A DNA stretch of 64,000 bases, taken from positions 19,139,873-19,203,872 of the forward strand of contig NC_068984.1 of assembly GCF_001194135.2 (NCBI RefSeq), read 5' to 3'. Source of the stretch: Octopus bimaculoides (taxonomy: Eukaryota). The notes under the pieces are model-generated. The model made no database searches and was not told the DNA's origin. It saw nothing but the letters and a program-made list of their open reading frames with translations. Below, piece by piece: positions 53,444-64,000 of the stretch. The translations under genes and the position numbers were made by a program. Position 1 is the first letter of the stretch, and each line of letters begins with the position of its first letter.

Positions 53444-54447
53444 NNNNNNNNNNNNNNNNNNNTTCTTTTTTTGGGGGGTGGTTCTTAAATAACAGTGTGT
53501 ACTAAAACTTAAGGATCATTATATTTAAAAAAAACAGTTGGAAGATTACAGAAGGTGATTTTTAACTGATACATTGACAATTTGAGATGCCACATGGAGT
53601 TCTTTTAACTATAGTGAACACTGTGTGTATGTATGTGTATGCGTGAGTGTGTGTTGAAGACATATTTCTAACATACTACATAATAACTTATATCTCTTGA
53701 CAAATAAATAGATAAATATATAAAATATAATATAACATACAATTACGAAATCTTTTTTTTTTGTCTGATTCCAATATTGTAGTACATGATGTTTTTTTTC
53801 CAATTTTTTCAATTTCTGTTATTTTTTTTGGGAAAAATTTGAATTGCATTCTACTTTCCAATAGACAGTGTCTCATGATAGAAGGATGTCTTGCATTTTG
53901 GCAAGCTGTATTTGGTATGCTATTCCAAGAATACATTTTAAAAATATATTTTGGTCCCACAGTATAAAGAATAATGCATAAAATTTCACCTGAATTATAT
54001 TTTATCACATTAAAATAAAAAAAAAAAGATAAATTATTTCAAGCAAAAAGAAAAGTAATATAATAACCAAATAAATCAAATTTAAGAAGTATCATATTAT
54101 GCTTACCTTCCTGATTCTACCAAATGGAGATAAAATAGTTCTTTCTCGGCTTTCATTACTTTGATGTCGCTGTAAGGAAATGTATAATAGCAAGTAGTAT
54201 AGAAGCGAATAGTTTAAGAAGTGAGAGAGAAATCATAATAACAGTGAGCGACTTGTGATGTTAAGGTGGTCACTGGAAAAATCTTGTTGCTATAGTTGTT
54301 CTTTTGTCATGAAGAACATGGAGATAAAAAACCCCCAGAAAATATAATAAATTTCAAAATATAACATATATACATATACATACATGTATATACATATACA
54401 TACATGTATATATATACATACATGTATATATATACACATACACATAC

Positions 54448-54527
<80 letters not shown>

Positions 54528-54551
54528 GTATGTGTATGTGTATATATATAC

Positions 54552-54582
<31 letters not shown>

Positions 54583-54672
54583 CATTTATATATACATACA
54601 CATGCATATAGATATAAATACCTTTATATACATATAAATGCACTTATATACATATACATACATACATACACA

Positions 54673-54730
<58 letters not shown>

Positions 54731-57174
54731 TACCCACATATATAAACACTGAATTTTTAGAATTGACTTGTAAACAATATGAAATAAAACATGAAGAATT
54801 TCAGCTACAAAGGAAAAATTTGGTTTCAAAATATTATAGTCGTAGTAGAAGCAGTAGCAGCAGCAGCAGCTCTTGTTGTTAAATGCCTTTAATCTACTAT
54901 AAAGCATGCCTTTGGCACACAAGTAGCTGTTCAAATACATAGAATGTAATATGACAAATATAAAATGACTAAATAAAATTATTTATATTGTTTTGTACTG
55001 CCCATACGCCAACAATATCTTTATCATTTCAAAAGCATATTTTCTTTTTTTTTATATTATTCAGACAAAAGTAGAAAAGCAGCGCCTGTAACCATTTTCA
55101 GAATCTCTGAGACAAGTGAGAGGAAGGGAAGTATTGTATCCTAAGACTGGAGACTTAGCTCAAATGTTTACAACAGAATGGACTCTGCTCGAGGTACTTA
55201 TAGAGCAGATAATGGCAAACAAGATGATTTAGTCTACCAGCAAGAACAGCATTCAGTTTTACAAGTACAACACTGAGCTTATAAGTGAGTTTTTGTGCAA
55301 TCACTTGGCCAGCTGAATTCTGTGGTTTCACACTCTACCATCATAAAAAAGAAAGAAGACATTAGATAATGTAGTCATAAACGTATCATCATCATCATTG
55401 TTTTAATGTCCACATTTCCATCCTTGCTAATGGTTAGACCGCAACTTTTTTTAATTACACTCTTTTCAAAATTTGGCGGTACATCTGAACTAAAAATATA
55501 ACTAAAGGTATAGAGAAAAAAAGTTATATTCAGGTTTCACTGTGGCACACCTAGCATTGTCTCATTGTACACCAGTGTGCCACAGCACTCTAGTTGTGGA
55601 GCACTGCGTTAGACGGAATTTGTTGAGGCAGATTTTCTACAACCAAATGCTTTTCCAATATTCATAATTTTGGGGGGAAATAATATTTCTTCATGGCCAA
55701 ACATGTTTCAGTGGTTGATTGGAAGTTTTATACCATGCAGTGGTACTAAACCCCCAAATCGTGTGGTTGGGAAACAAACTTTTAGCCACACAGTCACTCC
55801 TGAAATTATCCATCATATATAAACACAAGATGGGATAATCAAAGTTGGAACATATTCAATTATAAATTTGTCTCTTCAGGGCTTATCTAGATCTAATATA
55901 TATGTATGTCTCTCCTTATATATATATGTGTGTGTGTGTATGTGTGTATACACACACATATATACATATACACACACACACAAACATACATACGGAAAAC
56001 AGACATTAAATGATGATGATGATGATGATATATACACATATATATATTATAAATATATATATGTAATAGATATTTTATATATCGATGTTTTCGATCTAGT
56101 TTGGATTCTTTGCCATCAAATTTGAATTCTTTGCAATCAAATTTGATTGCAAAGAATTCAAATTTGGTTGCAAAGAATACAAACTAGATCGAAAACATCT
56201 ATATCATGAACATAATCATCATCTTTTAATGTCCATACCACATGCTGGCATGGGTTGGATGGTTTGACAGAAGCTGGCAGGCTGGAAAACTGCCCGGGCT
56301 CCATTTGTCTGTTTCGGCATGGTTTTTTTATGGCTGTATGTCCTTCCTAAAACCAATATGTATATAAAGTAGTTGTATGCTGTCAACTTAACGTGACAGT
56401 CCCATGAAGGGAATAATACTACTGCTATTTAGCCCTAGGAAGCTGCACCGCTTCCTAGGGTTAAATAGCAGCAGTATGGGACTGTCACGTTAAGTTGACA
56501 GCATACAAGTACTTTATCGCATCACTACTGAATAAATCTCTCTGAGAGATTTAGAAATGTATAATATATATATATCATACAAAAAAAAAAAAACCCGGAA
56601 GGTGTGGATTATATTAAACCTGAACCATGTAATCCCAGTTATGGTAACATGTACATCATGTTTCAAAACTGGACATCTTTTATAATATATGCTTCATCTA
56701 ACAGCAAATATCTTTTACTTACCAATATCTTCTGGAAGTCGGCCCTTGATTCAAGTATAGCAAGGCTTGTAGAGATCTGGTTATATAGGGCATAAGCAAG
56801 GGCAGATGTGATATGGATGTCATCCTTAGCTTTAGCTTTAGCAGGGTCCTTATTGTCGAAGGTTATATGCATTGATGTTTCCTTCAAAGAATTAATGTGT
56901 GGCTGCTTCTGTTCAATTTCTGCCTTTAGAAGCTGAAATTGAAGAATGAGTAAAAGAACATTTAAAACCGTATCAAGGATAAGTTTCCACCTAGAGTGTG
57001 GATGCTGACAGTATGATTTATATATGTCAGTAAATCATACCTTTTATATCATCATTTAGCATCATCATCATTATCATCATCATCATCATCATTTAGCATC
57101 ATCATTTAGCATCCAATTTCCATGCTGGCATGGATTGGATGGTTTGACATGGAGCTGGCTAGCAGGGAGCTGTC

Positions 57175-57211
<37 letters not shown>

Positions 57212-60071
57212 ATGTGTGTGCTTTCATATGCAGTTATTTATAGCATTATATATGAAGATTAAATTGACGGATAACTACTTGTAAATATAATCAACAAACA
57301 CACACGTACAAATACACACCTACACATATATATTCATATTTGTATACATGCACACATATATAATATACATATGTATACATACATGCACACACACATGCAT
57401 GCACACAATGTGAGGTAATTAGCATATAATTAGCATGTCATATTTGCAGTCTATTTATTTCTGAGTTTGAGTCATGTAAGTATCTACACAGATCTCTTTT
57501 GATGCCAACCGACCTGAGTCCATTTCTGGTTTTGTAATGTAAAACATCTTTATTTCAACTATTTTATTACTTTATTTCTATTGAAATACACTTCCTTTGC
57601 TTCAGTCAATTTTGAAAATAATGAAGAGTTTAGCAAAATAACATTTTTTCTATTAAGCTACAGTTTATAATATAAACTAACATGAAATTTTGATGGAAGG
57701 TTTAAATTTAGATCACTTCAAAACAGGAAGCTTCTGTCACAGAACCACGGGGAGTCTCAAATAAGTTTGTATCAAAAGAGTTCATACTTAAGTGCTCATA
57801 TTTAAATCAAAACTTTCCATCATGATATTATGCAAGAACATTTTTTTAAATTTCCAAATATCAGCTTATAATGAAAGATATAGGTGTATTTTACTAAATC
57901 CTTTGAAACTATCATTTTCCAACCTAATTTAAGCCACACATATTTTCTGTAGAAATATGATCATATAAAGGTTACATATTCACCCTTTAAATGATATTAA
58001 GGCTGATCTATGACACTGAAATGTCACACAATAAAATTCTTCAGTTGCTTATTTCAATATGTCATAAATAATCATTTTTGAAGATTGCATAGTTTATCTC
58101 GGCATGACTCAAATCTGAGAACTCTGTTACTCTATCTTTAGCTACTACTAAAAACAGGATTCCAAAAGCTCATGTTACACAATGAAATAAGAAATAGTAT
58201 CAGCATAAATTCCATGTTATATCTACACACACACACACATACAAATATAATATATACATTCCACACATAGACAGACAGACTCACATACACACACACACAA
58301 AATGTATGTGAAGGTGTGTGTGACCTAGTGGTTAGGGTGTTGCACTTACAAATGCTAGATTGTGGTTTTGATATTTGGACCAGGTGGCACATTGTATTCT
58401 TAAGCAAAACACTTCATTTCACATTGGTTTGTGGGTGGGAGAGTCCCAGAATCATTGGCATCTCAAGCAGAAATGCTTTACAGTATATCTTTCGGCTCTC
58501 TATATTCTGAGTTCCAATCCCACCTGCTCAAGGGCAGACCACCACTAGACTAGATGATATATACATTTCACACACTTATATATTTTGTGTAGCATGGTTG
58601 AATGGTTAAGAAGTTTGCTTCATAACCACAAGGTCTCAAGTTCAATCTCATTGCATGGTATCTTGGACATCTGTCCAAGGTCACCCCATACCCTGTGAGT
58701 AAAATTGGAAAGATGGAAACCTATCAGATGAATTGTACATGTAATTGAAAATGTGCTTGTATGTGTGTGTGTGTGTGTGTGTAGGTGTTGCATATATATA
58801 TGCATATATATATATAACCCATGTCAGCATGGAAAACGGACATTAAATGATGATGATGATGATGATTGTTTGTGTGTGTGTGTGTGTGTGTGTATTACTG
58901 ATAAATTTGGGCCTAAGGTTGAAGACATTTGCCATAGACGTCACACCATGGCATTGAATCTGAAACCATGTGGTTGTAAAGCAAATTTCTGAACCACACA
59001 GCAATTCCTGGACCTATACCTGACTAACATAACCTAACTGAAGTAAAATAATATCTCTTGGAAATTCTTTCAGGTCTTTGGAGAAAATTGACATTACATT
59101 GCAAGGCACATGTTGAAGCGTAAAGTTTAACACGATGCCAGTTACACTTTCAAAAGAATATATTATTTAGTCTTTAAACAAGTTAAAAATGTCTTTGACT
59201 TTAGTTTTTCTCATTCATTTCCATTAATCGATTTGGTTTGCTGTAAATCTTCAATTAAAATGTTTATAGAATATAAACATCCTTTCTTTTGAATGGTTTT
59301 CAACAGCCTGATAGAACACATCACTCACTGAGTTTAATTTTTTGGAATTTCCATTGTTAATTTCTTTTTGCCAAAGTATGAGTTGAACTATTAATTAATT
59401 ATTATCAACCCTTTTTATACCAACCCACCTAAGACCACCTCTGGTTCTTGGAGAGAAAAGCCTCCCATTTTAAAATGTTCCTATTTAAATTAAAATCGTC
59501 CATCATCGTTTTACATAACAATATTTTGTTCTATTCCATTTACTAAATCCTCTAAATTCTTGAATATTTTCAAAATTAATTGAAATGAATACGGTTACGA
59601 AAGGGTTAATTAGTTTGGAATAAAGTCACAGAAAATGTTGGCTTTAATTAATAAGTTTTCTTTAATTAATGAGAACTAGGCTTAAATGTTTATTAGTTTT
59701 ATACTTCTGTATTCTGAGTTCAAATTCCATTGAAGACAACTTTGCCTTTCATTCCACCTGGAGGTCATTAGGGACCAGTACATCAATAAAGTAGATTATC
59801 TTTATTTTTTATCTTTTACTTGTTTCAGTCATTTGACTGTGGCCATGCTGGGGCAACGCCTTGAAGGGTTTTAGTTGAACAAATCAACACTAACACATAC
59901 ATAGAGACACACACACACGTATATATTTTGAATATGCAAATAAAGCTCCTATTTTATTATGCCAATTACAGCCTAGTGATGCTGATTGGTGAACCAGTTT
60001 TTTGGGGCTGCATTGAGCTGTACTGATATAATGTAAGATAAATATAAATTCCATCCAAGGATTATTGCTGT

Positions 60072-60120
<49 letters not shown>

Positions 60121-61368
60121 CATAGTGGGCTTCTACATAGTTTCCATCTACCAAATTTACTTAGGTTTAGGTCAACCTGGAGCTATAGAAGAAGATACTA
60201 GCTCAAGGTATTGTGCAGTGGGACAGAAACTGAAACCACATGGTTGCAATATCATCATCATCATCATCATCATCATCATCGTTTAACGTCCGCTTTCCAT
60301 GTTAGCATGGGTTGGACGATTTGACTGAGGACTGGTGAAACCAGATAGCTACACCAGGCTCCAATCCGATTTGGCAGAGTTTCTACAGCTGGATGCCCTT
60401 CCTAACGCCAACCACTCCGAGAGTGTAGTGGGTGCTTTTACATGCCACCAGCACGAAGGCCAGTCAGGCGGTACTGGCAACAGCCACGCTGAAAATGGTG
60501 TATTTTATGTGTCACCCGCACAAGAGCCAGTCCAGAGGCACTGGCAATCGATTAAAAAAACAAAAAGAAACAGGGTAGGCATGGTCGGATCTAGATGTGA
60601 TTAATCCTGGTTGACCTGGGGTTAAAGAACAACAAATGCAAATTTAGAGACCAGACCAGTATTTGAGTCTTCGAGTCATGGCAAATATTCAAATTTATCA
60701 ATACTATCACACAGAAATCAATATGTTCAATGACTCTGCTGTTTTCTTGAATATACAATGCAAGGAAATCGTTTTTTCCATGAACCATGGGAGCCTCTAT
60801 GTGATCACTTGATCTGCTAGAGATAGCATCAAAATATCACTCATATTACATACTGCTGTCTCTAAAAAAAAAATTTTAAAAAGGGGCAGGAGATAAAGGA
60901 TAATGTAATTGAAGATAAACTATGTTTGTAAAGACAGGAACATGATGGTTAGAATGCTTAAAACAAAACTAGGATTAAACAATCACAGATGAATTAACAC
61001 ACAAAGTGTGACAAGAGCTTACCTTTAATTTAGAATACTTTTCCTGAATATCTGCACTATCAATATCAATTGTATGAGTTCTGCATAGCTTTAGCTGGTC
61101 CTCAATATAACGTATCCAAATGTTCAAAGATCGCACTTCTTGAATAAAGCGATCAGAATTAGATATAACTCCATTCAAATGAAGTTGTAAGTTCTCACAT
61201 TTGCTATTCACACTTCCCCACCGTTTGTTCATAATATCAATATTATTTTTCACTGTTTTATTTCCTTCCAATGCTCCTTTACTGTAAATACTTCCTGTCA
61301 AATTCAAAGACTCTATAATGGTTCCTTTAGATGTTAGTTCAGTCTGAAGAGTCTGCAATAAAAGAGGA

Positions 61369-61409
<41 letters not shown>

Positions 61410-61433
61410 TACACACACACATACATGTGTATA

Positions 61434-61499
<66 letters not shown>

Positions 61500-62429
61500 C
61501 ATATATATATATAATTTATGCTCACATACACACAAACATGTAGAGAATGAAATACATATATGTATGCATGTATATATATGTGTATATATGTGTGTATGTG
61601 TGTTTATGTATATATGTATATATTTGAAGCTTCAATATACGCAAATACAAATACATACACATGTACATGTATAGATATTTAAGTGAAGCAGCAACCTTTT
61701 AACACAACTACAGTGTGTTGTGTTTTTCATCACATTACAACAATTATATTAAATATCCAAATTTAAATAAAGTTCCAGTGTTTACTTTTAAATCATTTTA
61801 TATTCTGAAATAGCTTTCAGATTATTTTAACTTTAAGGCAGGCTGGATTGAATGACTGCACAAATTTACATATTCGCATAACTTATTGCAGAGAAATATA
61901 TTTTATTTATCTTCTTATTTATGTTTTTTCTAAATCAATGTCTGTCGTTTAAAGTATGACATAGCAATGATTCCTGTTTCTCAGCTTGCTTAATTAAAAG
62001 GAAGACAGTAATATGTTGTATCAAAGAGCATAAGGCATTGCTCTTTCAAGACTTAACTGGTGACATCCATGCTAATATATCAGTAGTTTAACTACTCAAT
62101 GGTTAGATATAGAGCATGCCTATATAAATTTAGTAAATGCCCAGTTAAATTTTCAGACAACATACAAGACTGCTATTTCATCTTCTGTTCTTCTTAACTA
62201 TTCCAAAGTTGAAAGTCTCTTACCTTCAGTTTTTTACAGATTTGGCCATGTTCTGTAATGCAAACGTGTTTATTATTGACTGAGTCCAACCATATTTCAG
62301 AATTCTCCAACCAAGCGAGTAAGTTCTTCAAATCAATTTTGAACTGTGACCAATCTTTGCGGTTGCTCTGTAGTTTGCTGTCTTTTTCGATAATATGAGC
62401 TTTAAGTCTATTCCAGCGGTCAGATACAT
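27933..62429 (-). CDS. SYNE1: Nesprin/SYNE-family (KASH-domain, spectrin-repeat) gene, 3' portion, six exons; 5' end lies outside the window
   Basis: Six AG/GT-bounded exons join in frame (junction phases 0,0,0,0,2), giving spectrin-repeat-like helices followed by a KASH domain very similar to vertebrate nesprin-1. The symbol means SYNE1-like; exact orthology (SYNE1/Msp300/ANC-1/Klar) is not established. Confidence 0.9.
29038..29116. repeat. 15-bp minisatellite (ggatgatgattatgc)n
   Basis: About five units derived from a (GAT)n tract. Confidence 0.85.
29215..29700. mobile_element. Two tandem decayed copies of the same piggyBac-like MITE
   Basis: Both align to 44630-44822 (gcattcagatta.tctgtcaaatg.aatgcttat..., gtagaatatttggg). 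Confidence 0.6.
29742..30260 (-). mobile_element. Mariner transposon remnant (deleted)
   Basis: Minus strand gives [26 protein letters not shown] (decayed first-D motif) and the C-terminus [12 protein letters not shown]; TIR-like ggggtctgatcaaaaagtattgggact at 29744. Confidence 0.85.
36363..36766 (-). mobile_element. tRNA-derived SINE, full length, (AGAGTAA)-type tail
   Basis: ggtgcaggagtggctgtgtggtaag...ggttccgggttcagtccc head; internal TA/CA tract; partial copies at 47960-48360 and 59807-59895. Confidence 0.88.
39381..39706 (-). mobile_element. tRNA-derived SINE sharing head and core with 22963 but with a different 3' tail
   Basis: gagttcaattccc...ttgagcaagacactttatttcatgttgctccag, then a distinct tail. 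Confidence 0.8.
40224..40398 (-). CDS. Candidate alternative terminal exon of the nesprin gene (KASH-less C-terminus [16 protein letters not shown]...RMERRP*)
   Basis: Pyrimidine tract, then cactag|T GCC (second AG 6 nt further on). Phase 2 like the KASH exon, 57 open codons to TAA, non-repetitive, CpG-retaining. No transcript evidence. Confidence 0.5.
41912..41991 (-). CDS. SYNE1: Internal exon ([27 protein letters not shown])
   Basis: Acceptor gctttcttcag|TTC, donor GACAC|gtaaat, 80 nt. Phase 0 to 2 links exon 54107 to the terminal exon; locally CpG-rich. Confidence 0.75.
44630..44822. mobile_element. piggyBac-like MITE
   Basis: Ends ctaactctttagcatt ... aatgctaaagggttaa (TTAA + CCCTTT-type termini); same family as 29215-29700. 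Confidence 0.65.
45180..45800 (+). mobile_element. CR1/L2-group LINE 3' remnant
   Basis: Decayed [10 protein letters not shown]...MIYAYKIL...[26 protein letters not shown], the typical CR1/L2 RT C-terminus. Confidence 0.85.
47960..48360 (-). mobile_element. Older copy of the 36363 SINE family
   Basis: Aligns throughout to 36363-36766. Confidence 0.8.
49112..49263. mobile_element. Inverted repeat with decayed hammerhead-like arms (second family)
   Basis: Arms 49112-49178 and 49189-49263. The right arm reads TGAAC-CTGAGGA-G-GACAG-acata-CTGTT-GAAA-TATT-GTTCA. Confidence 0.6.
49456..49681 (+). mobile_element. tRNA-derived SINE with (ATT)n tail; further copies at about 5450-5950, 12195-12372 (-), 48500-49080 and 59700-59790
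   Basis: ggcggcaatctggcagaatcattagc...gagttcaaattcc...ggggtcaataaa...ctggggttgatgtaatcgac. Confidence 0.85.
51447..51764 (+). mobile_element. RTE-type (GAT)n-tailed SINE/LINE 3' end, young copy
   Basis: Near-identical to 19627-19936, with CpGs retained. Confidence 0.85.
54107..54169 (-). CDS. SYNE1: Internal exon ([21 protein letters not shown])
   Basis: Acceptor atttccttacag|CGA, donor AAG|gtaagc, 63 nt, symmetric phase 0, open frame. Confidence 0.85.
56084..56199. repeat. Spacer-less palindrome (58-bp arms) built from about 22-bp subrepeats
   Basis: gatgttttcgatctagtttg...caaa|tttg...caaactagatcgaaaacatc, with its centre between 56141 and 56142. Confidence 0.9.
56364..56517. repeat. Near-perfect hairpin/MITE-like palindrome
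   Basis: ttgtatgctgtcaacttaacgtgacagtcccat is perfectly inverted. Inner stem ccctaggaagc-tgcacc-gcttcctaggg; 11-nt bulge in the left arm. Confidence 0.9.
56723..56932 (-). CDS. SYNE1: Internal exon, last spectrin-repeat helices ([20 protein letters not shown]...[11 protein letters not shown])
   Basis: Acceptor cattcttcaatttcag|CTT, donor TTG|gtaagt, 210 nt, phase 0-0. Confidence 0.9.
59405..59609. mobile_element. piggyBac-like non-autonomous element (second family); related fragments at about 51905-52100, 52430-52660 and 57480-57780
   Basis: Termini tcaaccctttttatacc ... ggttacgaaagggttaa; internal motif tttaaattaaaatc/aaaccttcc shared with the other copies. Confidence 0.55.
60250..60550 (-). 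mobile_element. RTE-type (GAT)n-tailed repeat
   Basis: Reverse complement of the 19627/51447 family. Confidence 0.85.
61023..61352 (-). CDS. SYNE1: Internal exon, spectrin repeat ([17 protein letters not shown]...NKRWGSVN...[12 protein letters not shown]...KYSKLK)
   Basis: Acceptor ctcttttattgcag|ACT, donor AAG|gtaagc, 330 nt, phase 0-0, with the Trp spacing typical of spectrin repeats. Confidence 0.92.
62224..62429 (-). CDS. SYNE1: Internal exon, spectrin repeat ([13 protein letters not shown]...[19 protein letters not shown]...KKLK)
   Basis: Acceptor ctgttttcattgcag|AT, donor AAG|gtaaga, 206 nt, phase 1 to 0. The reading frame differs from the supplied ORF at 62328-62543. Confidence 0.92.
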
Positions 62430-62632
62430 CTGCAATGAAAACAGAAACCCTCTCAGAGTATTCAAATATAATATATGTATGTATGTATGTATATATATAT
62501 ATATATAGATATATATATATATATATAATTTATATAAGGGCATTAACTATATAGTAATGCCTCACGCTTAGAGGGACTAAATAAGTAAAAAAACTACCAA
62601 AAAATAAGCAACATATTTACCGAAAGTGAGGG

Positions 62633-63546
62633 NNNNNNNNNNNNNNNNNNNNNNNNNNNNNNNNNNNNNNNNNNNNNNNNNNNNNNNNNNNNNNNNNNNN
62701 NNNNNNNNNNNNNNNNNNNNNNNNNNNNNNNNNNNNNNNNNNNNNNNNNNNNNNNNNNNNNNNNNNNNNNNNNNNNNNNNNNNNNNNNNNNNNNNNNNNN
62801 NNNNNNNNNNNNNNNNNNNNNNNNNNNNNNNNNNNNNNNNNNNNNNNNNNNNNNNNNNNNNNNNNNNNNNNNNNNNNNNNNNNNNNNNNNNNNNNNNNNN
62901 NNNNNNNNNNNNNNNNNNNNNNNNNNNNNNNNNNNNNNNNNNNNNNNNNNNNNNNNNNNNNNNNNNNNNNNNNNNNNNNNNNNNNNNNNNNNNNNNNNNN
63001 NNNNNNNNNNNNNNNNNNNNNNNNNNNNNNNNNNNNNNNNNNNNNNNNNNNNNNNNNNNNNNNNNNNNNNNNNNNNNNNNNNNNNNNNNNNNNNNNNNNN
63101 NNNNNNNNNNNNNNNNNNNNNNNNNNNNNNNNNNNNNNNNNNNNNNNNNNNNNNNNNNNNNNNNNNNNNNNNNNNNNNNNNNNNNNNNNNNNNNNNNNNN
63201 NNNNNNNNNNNNNNNNNNNNNNNNNNNNNNNNNNNNNNNNNNNNNNNNNNNNNNNNNNNNNNNNNNNNNNNNNNNNNNNNNNNNNNNNNNNNNNNNNNNN
63301 NNNNNNNNNNNNNNNNNNNNNNNNNNNNNNNNNNNNNNNNNNNNNNNNNNNNNNNNNNNNNNNNNNNNNNNNNNNNNNNNNNNNNNNNNNNNNNNNNNNN
63401 NNNNNNNNNNNNNNNNNNNNNNNNNNNNNNNNNNNNNNNNNNNNNNNNNNNNNNNNNNNNNNNNNNNNNNNNNNNNNNNNNNNNNNNNNNNNNNNNNNNN
63501 NNNNNNNNNNNNNNNNNNNNNNNNNNNNNNNNNNNNNNNNNNNNNN
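62633..63546. other. Largest assembly gap; others include 1783-2066, 7605-7880, 8286-8483, 15216-15337, 32051-32530, 37408-37893 and 41207-41678
   Basis: Runs of N, mostly flanked by microsatellites; they could hide small exons. Confidence 0.99.
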
Positions 63547-63760
63547 GTGTATATATATATATAATAATGAATAATTTGGACAAATAAGTATAAGTTGATT
63601 AGTGTGCTTAAATGTGGAGTAGACCACCGGCACAGTTTAGGCTACCTTTTGTTATCCGCAGTTGTGCTACACTTCTGTTGGATCTACGTTAGGAACTCTT
63701 CAGTTAGGGTAATATTATTTATTAATAGTAGGAGGTAGATTTTGTATTAGACCTTTATTG

Positions 63761-63807
63761 TGTACAACATATGTTTCGACCCATCAGTTGGGGTCTCTTC
63801 AGGTACA
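63761..63807 (-). ncRNA. Minimal type-I hammerhead ribozyme motif (sense to nesprin pre-mRNA)
   Basis: Minus strand reads UGUAC-CUGAAGA-GACCC-caacugau-GGGUC-GAAAC-AUAU-GUU-GUACA: stem I 5 bp, intact core, stem II 5 bp, 2-bp stem III within the palindrome ACAUAUGU. Confidence 0.75.
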
Positions 63808-63888
63808 TTGATACAAGTTAGGAAATGAGGGGCATATAACAACAAGCCAACTGACACTAAAAATCTGTAGTGAGACATCTTTATCAAT

Positions 63889-63933
63889 GTACCTGATGAG
63901 ACCCAGACTGATGGGTCGAAACATACGTTGTAC
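63889..63933 (+). ncRNA. Minimal type-I hammerhead ribozyme motif
   Basis: GUAC-CUGAUGA-GACCC-agacugau-GGGUC-GAAAC-AUAC-GUU-GUAC: intact core, stem II 5 bp, stem I 4 bp. Confidence 0.75.
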
Positions 63934-64000
63934 CCAATGAAGATCTAATATGAAATTCATCTCCTATTAATTAATACTATATATATATATATATATATAT

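Larger units (their letters stand above)
63721..63975. mobile_element. Inverted-repeat element, about 93-bp arms and 68-bp spacer, probably Penelope-like pLTR-derived
   Basis: 63721-63813 is the reverse complement of 63882-63975 with scattered mismatches; each arm holds a hammerhead motif. Confidence 0.7.

Overview
AT-rich, microsatellite- and retroelement-dense animal genomic DNA with about 15 assembly gaps. The SINE/LINE content looks like an octopod cephalopod, probably Octopus (inference from repeat families, not proven). The main feature is the 3' part of a minus-strand nesprin/SYNE-family gene. Six phase-compatible exons (62429-62224, 61352-61023, 56932-56723, 54169-54107, 41991-41912, 28545-27933) encode spectrin repeats, a Ser/Pro-rich linker and a canonical C-terminal KASH domain ending GPPPT*. 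The gene starts beyond the right edge of the window. A phase-compatible alternative last exon (40398-40224) would give a KASH-less isoform. A weaker set of plus-strand exon candidates (about 10-24 kb) may be an unidentified convergent gene. The rest is tRNA-derived SINEs, RTE-type (GAT)n-tailed repeats, R4/Dong and CR1/L2 LINE remnants, Tc1/mariner and piggyBac-like remnants. The most unusual signal is a recurring architecture of long inverted repeats whose arms carry hammerhead-ribozyme-like motifs pointing outward. The best example (63721-63975) has two intact type-I hammerhead cores, one in the sense of the nesprin pre-mRNA. Related or decayed examples lie at 49.1 kb, 27 kb and 26 kb, with solo copies at 2.5, 15.5, 22.7 and 26.7 kb. 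Two spacer-less or near-perfect palindromes lie just downstream of one exon. All alignments and folds were done by eye.
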